From contig OZ024749.1 of the NCBI GenBank assembly GCA_964016885.1, positions 744,001 to 808,000 of the forward strand: 64,000 nucleotides of DNA. The letters are read 5' to 3'. Of this stretch, positions 1 to 12,689 are shown in pieces. The notes below the pieces were generated by a model. It ran no database searches and was not told the DNA's origin. It saw nothing but the letters and a program-made list of their open reading frames with translations. Each line of letters begins with the position of its first letter. Within the stretch, counting starts at the first letter, position 1. This DNA comes from Eledone cirrhosa. Taxonomy: Eukaryota. Both the position numbers and the translations under genes were made by a program.

Positions 1-149
1 AGAATTGAAGTTCCAGAGAGCTGCCACTTTAGTCAGTAAGAATGATTAGCCCTAAAGGTCAGTGTGAGGTCTAGGGGGAGGGGGGTTAAGGCTTGACACA
101 ATATAAGGAGTGAGAGGAACAGAGATGAGTACATTGAGAAGTTTGAGAG

Positions 150-410
150 TTTTGCACAAGTTCAATGAAGACTTATTCTGCTCACATGAGAGTTAAGCAG
201 CTGCTACATTACAGGACATCTCTTGGATGGGTCACCAGTCTGACATAAGGTAACCCCCAGCTGCCACCATTGGTTCTCATTTTCATCTGAGTGGACTGAA
301 GCAATGTGAAAATAAAATGCCTTGCTCAAGAACACAATGCACCACCTCAACCAGTCCAGGAATCGAACTTATCTTCAGTTGAATACCCTAGCCACTAGGC
401 CATGTGTCTT
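150..410 (-). mobile_element. tRNA-derived SINE (family with ccttgagcaagacacttt core)
   Basis: Reverse complement of the family seen at 7760-8020; A/B-box-like head near 360-410. Confidence 0.65.
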
Positions 411-664
411 TTATGTAAACATTTAATGAATGTAAAATATAAACTTGAATAACTTAAATTAAAGAATTGGTTACTGCAGGAAGGAGAACAAGGGTTGCAG
501 TGCTGGGGTTGTGTGTGTAGTGTGATGGAAGTGTGGTAGCCATGACAGCAACATGGTAAAAAGCAGAGCATCTGTTACAAATTAGAAGGTGATTGCAGAG
601 AGATAGAAAAGAAGACCAATAAAAACAAGAATAAATTATGTAATTTTTCCTTTTTATTCCAAAT

Positions 665-770
665 GCCATCACTATCATTACTATATTGATGACCTTTAAC
701 ACTATTATCATCACCATCATCATCATCACTATTACCAACACCATCATCATCATCACTACTATCATACCTT
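665..770. repeat. (CAT/TAT)n-like low-complexity microsatellite
   Basis: Runs of catcat/tcacta. Confidence 0.8.
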
Positions 771-794
771 GAAGTCTGATTGGTCAAAGTAACA

Positions 795-2690
795 CATCAT
801 CATCATCGTTTAACGTCTATCTTCCACGCTAGCATGGGTTTAGACGGGAATTGTCCCACTTGAGGCAAGATTGGTTGTCTCGCCCGTATAGGACTGTCTG
901 GCAGGTTTTCTACGGCTGGATGCCCTTCCTAACACCAACCACGTTTACAGTGTGGACTGGGAGGTTTTTACCGTGTTACCTATACGGCCACATTACAGCA
1001 TGGACTGTGTGTTTTTTGTTGTGACACCTACACGACCTCATTTATTTAGGACTGGATGTTGTGGTACCAACATAACTTTACATCGAAAGGGGTGGTGTTG
1101 ATGGGGGTGGGGGTGTTGGGGTAGTGGGATGAGGGTATATATTTGGTTAAGAGGTGCCTACTGATTGTAGGTTTCGCTTTGTATATGGGCAAGGTGGGTC
1201 TTCTGTATTACTATGTAGCGCCAAAGATCTTGGTCCAGTGACATTGTCTTAGAGAGGTGTAAGTGTGTGAGGTCCTTCTATTGGATCGATTTGGGGCAGA
1301 CTATCTTTTTCCTATTTATTCTCCTCATTTAGTAGCCTCTGGTAGTGACACTTCCAAGCTACCTTCTTATCAGCATCAGTGATGGCAAATACACCATCAT
1401 CATTACGGACACACTTCTCCCTGACAATATCACGGTTTTCCTTGACACATTGCCTAGCAATCCTGAACACCTCACGTTTTGGTCCTCGCATTGTAGAACA
1501 TGCTTGAACTTTCTTTCCTCTGCTTTCCTTCTTGCCAAGTACACTTGTCTCCTAGCGTCTCTCCTGGCCACTTGATAGTGCTCTCTACCTCCCCCATCCT
1601 GCCATATTTTCCAAGCTTGCTTTTTGGCCTTGATTGACTCCTCTACCTTACTATTCCACCACCAAGTTACTCTCCTCCTGCCTATAGGTGTGCTCCAGCC
1701 ACAGATTTCATCTGTTGCCTTCAGCAGGTTAACTTTCAGGAATTCCCACTGTTCCTCTATATTGTACGTCTCTAATTGCTCTTCCTTACTATCAAAAGCA
1801 TCAAGTAATATGCTTTAAAATTTGTTACTGGCTGTGGGGTCCTTTAACTTCCATATTCTTCTCCTCAGAGTAGTCCTCCTCTGTTGTCGAGTACGTCTAG
1901 TCCTGACTATGAGGTCACTAACTATGAGGCTATGTTGGAAGGTGCATTCTTCACGGGGGAGGGATTTAGTGTTTACAACAGACACTCTGTCATGTCTTCT
2001 GGTAAGGATATAATCTACCTGGCTGGTATGTTCCCCTGATCTATAGGTGATCAAGTGATTGTCTTGTTTTTTGAAATTTGTGTTACAGATAGTTAGGTTA
2101 TTAACGTCACAGAATTCCAGGATTCTGAAGCCTTCCTTATTTCTAGTACCAAACCCATAGCCTCCATGGATTCCGTCATAGCCGTCACAATGTTGTCCAA
2201 CATGACCATTTAGGTCGCCAGCAATAATTATGTAGCCACTGTTGGTTATTTGGGAGGTAGTGAGCATTAATGACTCATAGAATCTGTCTTTTATAATGTC
2301 AGGCAGTCCAGATTGGGGTGCATACGTGGATATTATTGTCACAGTAGTTCTATTTAGGACAAATCTTATTTTGATTATTCTGTCGTTCACTCTATTTACG
2401 GCAATTACCTTATCCACCCATTTTTCTGCTAACATAATTCCTACTCCACCCTGCCCATTGTCATTTCCCACCCAGAAAAGTTTAAAACATCGTTTTTTTA
2501 CCCACGATGAATCTGGCAGACCCACCGCTCCACCTAGTATCTTGAACACAGCAAACATCAACTTCCTTACGTTGAAGCATCTCTACAACCTCGTTAGAGC
2601 GACCTTTTAAAGTGCTTACAACAGTAACCATAACAACCCAGTCCTCTGCGTAGGCAGAGTTGTGAGAGTGTTGATATTTGATCTGACTTT
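795..2690 (-). mobile_element. RTE-clade LINE, internally deleted (APE endonuclease plus 3' end, no RT)
   Basis: ORF 1815-2561 has APE motifs (GGVGI, AGDLNGHVG, SQVDYIL). The 3' UTR and (ATG)n tail match the copy at 60420-61500. Confidence 0.9.
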
Positions 2691-2959
2691 CTGTATGTTC
2701 CGAGTTCAAATCCTGCTGAAGTCAACTTTGCCTTTCATCGTTTCAGGGTTGATAGATAAAGTACAGATTCAGGGATGTTATGTGGTACCTGATCTGGTTT
2801 CTGTGTGTTTTGAGTTTAAATCCCAACTCTGTCAGGAGTTACAACTGGCAGAAAGAATTAGCAATGGAAAGACCAACAATTTCTTTTATGTGGAAAGAAA
2901 TATAAAGCTAAACAATGCAAAATGGACAGTAAGATGAAGGTAACAAAAAGTAAGTTACC

Positions 2960-4860
2960 TGGTAATCTTTATTTTGTTTTTTGTCGTTGTTGTTTCTTCC
3001 GTCCTAATATTTCGGGACTTAAAATTCCCTTCTTCAGAGTTTAAGGAACTTTCAGAGACTAATGTTACGATTTCTTCTCTTTGGGATTAAATTTAGACTT
3101 AAATTTCTTTAGTCATTTTCAAGCGTTTGTTGATGGTTATTTCGTTATTCTTGAGAATGACATCAATTGCCAATGTAGTATTTCATGGAATCAATTAATT
3201 TTTTTGTATGAGATGTTAAGTTTGTGTTCCTGTGAGTATGTCTTTTTATGTCAAGTACTGTGTGCTGAGTTGTAGTCTATTATTTATTTGCCCACATTTC
3301 TATCTCTAGCTTCAGTACTGGCAGTAATATGTTGGGTGATGTTTCTACATTTGTCAATGTGTTTCTTGAATGAGGATGAACATGTGTTGAGGTGTTCTTT
3401 AATGTGACTTGGAGTGTTTGAGTTGTGCTACCAATGTAGAACTCCTTACATTTGTTGCATTTAATCTGGTATACCACATGTGTCTGCTGGCACATACCTA
3501 TGTCTTGGATAGGTGTTGAGCACTCAACATTCCAGCTGGTTCATGTAGGTGATGGCCAGAAGGCCTGAAAGACTGGACCCATGGGTAGGCCTGCTGTTTG
3601 TTTGTATGCGTGGTGGTAGAAAGTGAAATATGTATTTTCTATGATGATGGATAGAAGTTGATGTATGTCTTGTGGAGTGAGGCCGAAGCAGTATACGTTG
3701 TATGAAATGATGCAGTTAGTCATTAGGTTGACTGCTGGGTGAGCAGGTACTGTCGTGTAGAGGGAGATAACGTCGAGGCTAAAGGTGTATCTATTGAGTT
3801 TAAGTTGGTTAGGTTGTAGTTGATGTAGTTTTTGTATGACTTTGTCGGAGCTGCTGACATGTCTGAAAAAAGTAGCAAGCATAGGCTTGAGGATCTGGGA
3901 GAGGAACCAAGAGATTTTATAGAGGGGTCCTTCTATATTAGAGACAATTGGTCTAATCTGGAGATTAACACTGGTTTTGTGGGTTTTAATGAGGTGGTAG
4001 AATGTTGGCAGTCTGCTGTTTCTGGTGGTGAAGTAGCTTTTATATTCGTCTGCAGATATCTGTCCAGATGGTGTTGATGTGATTTTCAATCTGGGATGCA
4101 GCTATGTCTGTCACTTCTATATATAGTTCACCGTTGTTAAGGTGCTCATATGCCAAGCTGTTGTATGTGTCTCTAGAGATGACACAGAATTCTCTCCTTT
4201 TATCAGAATATGAGGTCCTTCTCTTGCATGTTGTTTAGAGTGAGGTGTTGTTTCCTGGAGAGGTTAGGGAGTACCTTCTTATGTTTCAGTAATATATGCG
4301 AAAAGTAGACTGCTTAAGTTTAGAGAGTTTGAGGTCAAGCTCTCAATTGACATGCGGTGGAGAGTGGGTGGTATGAGTGGTATATAGGAAATTTAGTGTT
4401 GTTCATCACAGTAGTAGCGATGTTGTCAGCGGCATTGTTTATTACTGAGAGCCATTTGAGTTGGTAGGCAGCTCGGTAAAAGTTGGCTTCAAGATTTAGT
4501 TTCATCCAGTTGTCTAGTGATCCTGTCAAGTCTATGACGAGAGTTGTGGTAGTGTTTGATGTGTTGGTGACCTCAGTGGTGCTAGTTCCTTCACTGTCTC
4601 TGTTGTTGTAGTGTGAAGAATTTTTGTTGCAGTGATGTTCCTTGAAAATCCAGGAATTTTCGTTTCAGCCGTTTCTTCTCGAGATTGAGGTGGTTGTGAC
4701 ATTGATTTATAGCAACGGTTGTTTTCTGGAGCAGTGACTCTGGGGTTATAATTAGTTTTGGAAGTGTATCAGAAATATTTTGTATGTGTTGGTGGAGTTG
4801 GTAGTGTAAGTGTTGTATGATAATTTCTTTGGTCAGATCTGACCATCGGCTTTCTCTTAT
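2960..4860 (-). mobile_element. Penelope-like element, degenerate
   Basis: RT motifs (IRPIVS, FSLDVISLYT, GLPMG) and GIY-YIG endonuclease (VVYQIKCNKCKEFYIGST); hammerhead-like motif at the terminus. Confidence 0.9.
3001..3042 (-). ncRNA. Degenerate minimal hammerhead ribozyme motif of Penelope terminal repeat
   Basis: Minus strand: CTGAAGA-AGGGA-attttaag-TCCC-GAAA-TA-TT; stem I is weak. Confidence 0.5.
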
Positions 4861-5231
4861 TTTTTAAGTTCTGAGTTCAAATCCTGGAAAGTGTTTAGAT
4901 AAATATAAACACTTTAAAACAAACAGTTTTGTATCAATAGAATCAGGAGTGCTTTCATATGGTTTAGTTATCAAAACAATTAACCAATTGTGGGCACTAA
5001 AGTATTTCTGTGTGTGTGTGCATGTGTCCCAAAAATTGATGGGGTTTCAGATGACTAAATTTCAGCTTAGTCAACCTCATAAATAATACAGCCCTACATA
5101 CTGACACACATACTTATAAATCCCATGAACAGTAAATATAATTTATCAGGTTAGGTAAAGCTTTGGTATTTAACTATCCTGCCTGACCTATTAAATAGTT
5201 CTTTCCACACAAACACTTGAAACTTGTGTAG

Positions 5232-5730
5232 TTTATTGTTATTGTTATTATCTTTTGTTATTGCACATCATCACTGCATTAATGAGCATAGCTCTGTGTG
5301 TCTTGGATATGTGCAGTGTTGTTTTTTGGTGTTATTTCTATTGTCATAAGATTACTCTTTGTATTGTGCAGTGCCTAGTAGTTGTTGTATATATTTGTAA
5401 GTTTTGGGAGTTTTGGATATGTATTTGTCTGTGGGGTTTTTCTACCATCCCAGAGCACCTATTATTATTGTAGGTACTATTTCTGTTTTTAACATCCACA
5501 TTTGGGTTATTTCTGTTTGGATAATTTCTCCATTTCTTTGGTAGATATATTGTTGTCCATGGGTATTGATACATCAATTAGAAGACTTCTCTTTCTTTGT
5601 GGTCTTTGACTATATTATCTGGTCTGTTGGTTTTGACCTCCCTGTCTGTGTATAATTGGCTATTTCCTAGAGAATGATTGTCTGCTTTGTCATCCTCTGA
5701 CACCGTTTCTAGTATTTGGTTCTATATTTA
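5232..5730 (-). mobile_element. R4/Dong-like LINE 3' end (restriction-like endonuclease remnant)
   Basis: Manual translation gives TDREVKTNRPDIIVKD...LIDVSIP.DNNISTKEMEKLSK...IIIGALGMV, ending in a (TAA)-like tail. Confidence 0.75.
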
Positions 5731-5881
5731 GTCTTGACAGTCTCAGTTCAAATCTGGTCAATGTTAGCTTTGCCTTTCATCCTTTCGGGGTCGATAAAGT
5801 ACCAGTAATGAACTGTGGCTGATTTAATCAACTGTCTCCTTTCCCTTCAAATTGCTGGCCTTGTGCCTAAACCAGAAACCA

Positions 5882-7413
5882 AGGAATATGAAGCAGTAAC
5901 AGGAGCAAAGTTAAACCAGGAAAAGTCGGTGGGCTTGCAGCTTGGCACCTGGAGAGGCAAGTCCATGCCATCCAGACAGAATTGTGGTGCACTGGACGGA
6001 AGGACTGGTTAAATTGCTCAGGGTCTGGTTCGGTCCAGACCTCCAGATGGAGAAAAACTGGAGTGGCCTATCTCACCCAGAAATGGGCCGAGAGGAAGGT
6101 GTCCTTGAAAGGTTGGGCGGAGGTGGCGAATGCGTTCATCACATCTGTCATCTGCTACCGCCTAATCATTGTGCCTTGCCCAGGCCCAACTCTGACCAAA
6201 ATGGAGCACCTCCTCTTCCGCTTTTTATGGAAGGGACGTTTTCCCATGGTCAGATGATCCATTTGCTGTCAGCACCCATTGCGTGGGGGTCTGGGCATGC
6301 TGTGGATTATGATGGGCAAACATGCGCTGAGGCTGCGACATCTCTGGTGCTTCCTTGACAGTGAACAGGTGTTGTCACCGTTTGCCAGACGTGTTTTTCC
6401 CCAGCTCGTCTCATTAACAGAGCTGCAGTCCTGGATCAGGAAAAGACCGAAGGATAGCGCTTGGAAGCTGGGACGTCTCCATGCGCTCACAGCCTCCTAC
6501 CAGCCGGGCATTAGTATTGGTGGAACATCCACCTCGGCATACTAGAGGACTAGTGGAGGGGAAGAGCGACGACGTTCTCGGAGAGATCCTGGGCATCGAA
6601 GACGATCAGCTGTTCACTCTCTTCAAGAGAACTTTCAGCCTGGGGTCTATGGACAAGCTGCATAAATCCCTGGCCTGGCAGTGCTACCGAGGAGTGTTGC
6701 CGGGTTCAGGATAAGCTCTACAGGCACGGAAGTGCCATCAACCAAACCTGTCTGAGATGCGCGCAGGGCAACGAAACCATCATGCACGCACTCGTTCAGT
6801 GCCCGAGCATTGCAGACTTATGGGGCTATGTTGAACAGTTGCTGTTGCATGTAGGACGGATCCGGTTATCAACTGAGTCCATTGTGCAGATAGCCCCGCC
6901 GTCCTTCTTTAAGGAGGAGGAAAGGCAGACAGTTTTCATCTGCCTGGTGGCCATGGTGAAAGAGATTGTATGATGGACAAGGTTGAAAGGATTCAAGATG
7001 GACACTTTCCTCTTCGGTGAATGCCTGATTAACTTTTTCAAATTTCACTTGAAGAGGAAAATCAGGGTGGAGAGGCTGTCGTCTACTAAGTGCTGTTGTC
7101 TACTAACTTTGTCTGGTCCAAGTGAACGGGCTCACTATATGCCTGTAGACTGAGGAGTGGGAGAACTGAGAGAGGGCGCTTGCCCTGGTGGTCAGGGTGT
7201 CCATGGTCTTTTGTGTGATTTTTGCCACGAGTGACTCTTGGAGGTTTCCATTCTATTGGGGAATTTTTGTTGTTTTAATTTTTTTGATTTGTTTTCACAT
7301 ATTTCTATCTTCTTGTTATAACCTTTTTACACGGCCAAAACCCACATTGTATCGTCCTGTGCCGTCTCTAATGTTTTTCTTCATGTCAGCCCTTGTGGCC
7401 AATAAAGAAACCA
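5882..7413 (+). mobile_element. Tx1/L1-clade LINE 3' part, degenerate
   Basis: YEAVTGAKLNQEKS, WAERKVSLKG, RGGLGM and a C-terminal CCHC (CLRC..ETIMHALVQCP); AATAAA at 7401; flanking AGAAACCA repeat. Confidence 0.85.
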
Positions 7414-7444
7414 TTATTATTATTATTATCATCATTATTATTGG

Positions 7445-7665
7445 TAATGGAATGGAAGTATCAGTAAAAGGTTGGACGCCATGCTTTGCAGCATAGAGTT
7501 ATGGCCCTTTACGGTTTGAGTACAAATCCCGCCGAGGTTAATTTTGCCTTTCATCCTTACGGGGTCGATAAAATAAAGTACCAGTCACGCACTGGGATCA
7601 ATTTAATCGACTTCCCCCTCCCTCCAAATTGCTGGCCTTGTATCTAAATCAGAAACCATTATTAC
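7445..7665 (+). mobile_element. tRNA-derived SINE, main family (many copies, e.g. 5740-5881, 36050-36235, 49690-49830, 51880-52065, 62840-63025)
   Basis: Shared body gagttcaaatcccgccgaggttaactttgcctttcatccttacggggtcgataaaataaagtaccag with a B-box-like motif and an (ATT)n tail. Confidence 0.9.
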
Positions 7666-7759
7666 CATACTCTCTCCTTCTCAGCTTGTCGCCCCCATTT
7701 TAAACTGAACTCATTCTAAGTAAATGCAAGTGGAAAGTATGGGGTGGGGTCATATTCAG

Positions 7760-8020
7760 TGAAGGCATGTAGCTGAGTGGTTAGGGAATTTAGCTCACCA
7801 ACCATAAGAACATTCCATTCCCACCCAGCTGTGCATTGTCTCCTTGAGCAAGACACTTTATTTCATGTTGCTCCAGTCCACTCAGCTGGCAAAAGATGAG
7901 TTCTACCTGTAATTCAAATGACCAGCCTTATCACACTGTCATGTTGAATCTTCCTAAGAACTATGTTTTGAGAGTGTATGTATCAGTAGAATGCTCAGAC
8001 ACTTGCAACACATAACACAC
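7760..8020 (+). mobile_element. tRNA-derived SINE, second family
   Basis: A-box-like tagctgagtgg head and ccttgagcaagacactttatttcatgttgctccagtccactcagctgg core; recurs at ~20390 and ~54460. Confidence 0.75.
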
Positions 8021-8024
8021 ATTA

Positions 8025-8965
8025 TCATCATCATCGTTTTTACGTCCATTTTCCATGTTTGCATGGGTTTGATGGGTCCTTTTCAGTATCTCTCCACTTG
8101 CTGCGTTCCTTTGTCATGTCCTCAGTTCTTGCCACCTTGGCCCAGGTTGTCCTTGGTTTACCTCCACTGAGATTTCCTGCCACTTCTTCACCCATGCGCA
8201 TCACAAGTTCGTACCAACTCAGTCTTCTCTCTTGCAACCAATTTTGATTCCTTTTAAACTCAGTTTATTCAAGCTCTGCCTTTCTCTCACGTTTACATTG
8301 CACATCCAATGAAGCATGGTTGCTTCATTTCTCTCCAGTCATTGCCCATATTTCACTACTATATAGATATCATACAGTCGTCCTTTTGTTATCAAAGTAG
8401 AAGTAGTTCTGTAAACTTCTTCCATCCTATCTTTATTTTAGCTATTATGCTCTCAGAGCAACGCCTCTATTGCTGCTAATTAGGTCACCTGGATAGCAGG
8501 AGCTATCAAACACTTCTACAGATCTTTCTTGTGACTGGAAAAGGTTTATATCCTTGACACTTTTCCCTTCAATTACCCCTGTACATCTTCTACTTACAAA
8601 ATCTTCCCTTCCTGTTAGTCCACCTGTTATCCCACTACATCTCTTGTGTACCCAGATTTACATTGTGTACACCACATGAAGTTTATGCCTACTGCATTTC
8701 TACATATTGATCAGGGTCACTTCCCTGGAGGAATCAGGATCCTATCTTCTTTTCTACTTACAAGCACTTTACTTTTGGCTAAATTTACTCTCAGACCTTC
8801 TGATTCTAAATTCTGTTTCCAGTGTTGGAACTTATTCTCTAGTTCTTTTATGGATTACCAGGTCATCCACATAAAGAAATTCCCATGGACAGTCAGTTCT
8901 AAACTGGAGGACTGTGATGAATAGCAGTGGGCTGAGAACTGAACCCTGAATCTTGAATTCCTCAC
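8025..8965 (-). mobile_element. RTE LINE 3' fragment
   Basis: RT C-terminal remnants (QERRLSWY..VMRM, GKPRTTW) and (ATG)n tail. Confidence 0.85.
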
Positions 8966-8984
8966 TAAACGTATTTCCTACAGC

Positions 8985-9400
8985 TTCTCCACCACCACCA
9001 CAACCATGTAATGGCGTTGTTGTTGGTGGTGGTAATGGTGTTGCTGTTGTTGGTGGTGGTGGTAGTTGCTGGTGGTGTTGTTGGTGGTGGTGTTGTTGTT
9101 GGTGGTGGTGGTAGTGGTTGTGGTAATGGTGTTGTTGTTGTTGGTGGTGGTGGTGGTAAAGGTGTTGTTGTTGGTGGTGGTGGTAGTGGTGTTGTTGTTG
9201 TTGGTGGTGGTAATGGTGTTGTTGGTGGTAATGGTGTTGTTGTTGGTGGTGGTGGTAATGGTGTTGTTGGTAGTGGTAATGGTGTTGTTGTTGGTGGTGG
9301 TGGTAATGGTGTTGTTGGTGGTGGTGGTAATGGTGTTGTTGTTGGTGGTGGTGGTGGTAATGGTGTTGTTGTGGTGGTAATGGTGTTGGTGTTGTTGTGG
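8985..9400. repeat. (GGT/GTT)n compound microsatellite
   Basis: Trinucleotide array; explains the spurious Gly/Val/Thr/Pro ORFs. Confidence 0.95.
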
Positions 9401-9760
9401 TGGGACAATACAGAGACCCGAGGTTCCAATGGACACCAAATTTCTAGCAACTGTGGTGGGACTATACAGAGACCCAAGGTTCCAATGGTTATGGACACCA
9501 AATTTCCAGCAACTGTGGTGGGACTATACAAAGACCCAAGGTTCCAATGGTTATGGACACCAAATTTCTAGCAACTGTGATGGTTCTGGATGTCATCAGC
9601 AATGGAGATATCATGCCTTATTTTTTTTTCTCAGGGCTTAAGAGTCAAGGCTGCTGTATGCAGATATGTTGGAGACAGTTGTGAAGCCCTGGATAGACAG
9701 GGTAAGCGTGAAAATCTCCATGACTACGGCCTTCCAGACACATGGACTCCTAGTTTGATC
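9395..9760 (+). mobile_element. Tc1/mariner transposase remnant with a triplicated ~62-bp segment
   Basis: KVPMVMDTKF.ATVMVLDVISNGDIMP..FFSQGLRV...LETVVKPWIDRV, similar to the peptide at 34430-34570. Confidence 0.7.
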
Positions 9761-10084
9761 ATCATGTAATTGGTACCAGTTGAGGTGCCACTCTAGATGT
9801 TCTCCTACATTTCAATGTGCTTTAGAAATGTTTGGCATACCCATCTCATCTCCCAGCGTGAAACCCCTTAGTAAGTCTAGCTTGCCAGTAGATGAAGTTA
9901 CTGGGGTTTGGCTGAAAAATGCCCCAGAGCCAAAAAGTTAGTCAGGTAAAAACTGGTGTAGCCATCCATCAAAGTACTCTTTCTAGCACAACACCATGGT
10001 TTTCAGATGTTTCTTCAAATCGCTTCACTCAATTTTCAAGGGAACATTAGATACAGCTATGCCCAGTACTGAAACAATGTTTCT

Positions 10085-10282
10085 TTAACCCTTCAGCATT
10101 TAAACTGGCCATATCCGGCCAGAATTCTCTCACCTCTTTCTGTTCAAACTGACCACTCATACTTATGTTAAAGTTATTATCAAAATAAATAATAATCTCA
10201 TAGATTCAATGTTACTTGAGATAAAGCCTTTACCACAAAAATACAATAATATATATATATAATGTAAATGCTAAAGAGTTAA
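10085..10282. mobile_element. piggyBac-like MITE
   Basis: TTAA-ccct-tcagcattta ... taaatgctaaagag-TTAA inverted termini; a similar small TTAA-bounded element lies at ~45461-45759. Confidence 0.65.
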
Positions 10283-10364
10283 ATCTTGGAATACAGTATG
10301 ATAATACTATCAACTAAAGTTCATAAATGTCTTTATAAGATTCATTATGAAATTCAATATGTCT

Positions 10365-12228
10365 TGTAGCAGGAGTTGCCTCCCTTGTTGTGACACTCAC
10401 ACCCCCAATAGATTAACGCTATCTAGACAGGAAGTAGAACCCTTTCTGTAACTTCCGGTCAGAACCCTATAAAACTAACAACTGTAAGTTCCCTCTCTCT
10501 CATTTTGCCTTTCCGGCGCCTGGCAACCAAAACGGTAACTAATAACTTTGCTTCATTCTTTCATCTATTCATTGACATGTCAACTATACTGTTCTATATA
10601 TATCCACAAATTGTTAATTAAATATTATACACACAAACCAATCGTCTCCTTGTTACATTCATACACACCAGTATTTTGTTATAAGTGGTGACCCCGAAAA
10701 AAAGAAAAAATAGCAGAATCTGGTGTTGTGTGAGTAACATTACGAATACACAGCAAATTTTATTGACAAACTATGAAAATACGCAGTCAAAGAAACGCAC
10801 ACGTGAAATTTTCGTTTAGACACTCTTTTTCCCTCACGCAACCACTAACTGTCGCATTTTACTGTATATATATATATATATGTTTCTCGTTTCTTACAAC
10901 GAACACTTTAAAAACAAACCAAAAAAAGAAATTTGATTTTTAAAAAAAAATTTCAACAGAAAGTTATTTTCCATGAATCTCAACCATTGCCTTTTTTTTT
11001 CATCGTTCACAAAAGAAAAATTGAACTCGCCATATTTGTTATGCTAAGTGAAGCCTTTCTTTCTTTTTCATCATTGTCACTTTCACACACACATTTTTCA
11101 AAATGGCTGCCAACGACCTGTTGCATTTTCATTTTCAGGCGCATTAGAAATATTATTTTTTCAACTTAACCTTGTTTTGGCACGTGTAGGATTCTCGCCT
11201 CACAGAGATAGCCACACGCCAGGGATAACGTTTCTCGCCAAGGATTCTCCAGCCTTAAGCTATATATTCTCCTATTTGCCGGTTTAAAAATTTACCCCGT
11301 AAATTTGCCGTTGAAAACTGCGCATTTATTCAGAATGCTTATTTCTTTGGTCGCTGGCCTCTTGACCCTTCCAGGCCAACGCATTCTCAACATCGACTGT
11401 TATTTCTAGCAACTCATTTTTTCTGAAAAATTTGTTTTTTACTGTGAATTTAAACATCGAATACGCTCACTCTGTGAGACATCAACAACCAAAACCAGCA
11501 GAACAAGCCAGAGAATTTATTTTTGCAGCACTCTTCCTGTGAGAAAATCCATTCGGAGGTTGGAAATTTCACGATATACCACAAAACAGAAACCACCTGC
11601 ATTCATTCTCTGGAACACACTTTCTTTCCCCGCTGTCATATGATTGCACACCTGTGAACTATGTTTTGTACATTTGAACTTTGAGCTCTTCTCTTACTTT
11701 ATTACATTGTATCTTTGGGTGATGGATAGATAGATGTCAAGTCGTTCTCTGGCCAAAAGCAGTTGGTTACCTTGATATCTATCATTGATTTTTGCAAACA
11801 TTTTTTTTTTCGTAATTTTCATGCATTACAACATTCTCGCCAACTTACTACATACATATTTCATTCGATTTTTATATTCTAAAAATCTGGTGGGGGATAA
11901 TGTAGCAGGAGTTGCCTCCCTTGTTGTGACACTCACATCTCCAATAGATTAACGCTCTCTAGACAGGAAGTAGAACCCTTTCTGTAACTTCCGGTCAGAA
12001 CCCTATAAAACTAACAACTGTAAGTTCCCTCTCATCTTTGCCTTTCCGGCGCCTGGCGTCTTCTGCCAGGCAACCAAAACGGTAACTAATAACTTTGCTT
12101 CATTCTTTCATCTATTCATTGACATGTCAACTATACTGTTCTATATATATCCACAAATTGTTAATTAAATATTATACACACAAACCAATCGTCTTTGTTA
12201 TACTCATACACACTAGTATTCTGTTATA
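10365..12228 (+). mobile_element. Non-autonomous LTR retroelement (TRIM/LARD-like)
   Basis: LTRs at 10365-10683 and 11901-12228, GTCT TSD, PBS TGGTGACCCCGA (tRNA-Trp-like), purine tract before the 3' LTR, no gag/pol ORF. Confidence 0.92.
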
Positions 12229-12689
12229 GTCTTCATGATTATTTGCCTGGTATTACCATTTACTTTCTTATGGAAAAGACTGCTCCTGAAATTAAAGTGT
12301 AAGCATTCTAGACACGTCTACCCTTAATGTATTTCTCAGGGAAATTCAGCATGACAGTGTGTGACAAGGCCGGTCCTTGATACAGTTCAACAGACAGGCT
12401 TCTAAATAATTTGTCTATTCAATTTCACTGACAGGATTTAGGTTGACCCGAGGCTACGATGACATCTACTCATGGTGCCATGCAGTAGGATCAAACCCAT
12501 GACTTGTGAAGTTGCCTTCTTAACCATTCAGCCATGTCACTTTCCTACTGTAATACACCTACAATAGTACCATCATATTTAAAATTTGGAATAACCCAAT
12601 GACCGTGATCACAACAGCTACATCTACTATGACAGTTCATTCACCATCCTATCACTACACACCAGAACACATACAATATTAATGAAACT

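Noticed and set aside
7445-7560. tRNA gene-like B box
   Set aside because: Part of a multi-copy SINE head; no cloverleaf evident.
8965-9571. Long Pro/Thr and Gly/Val ORFs
   Set aside because: Artefacts of the trinucleotide microsatellite.
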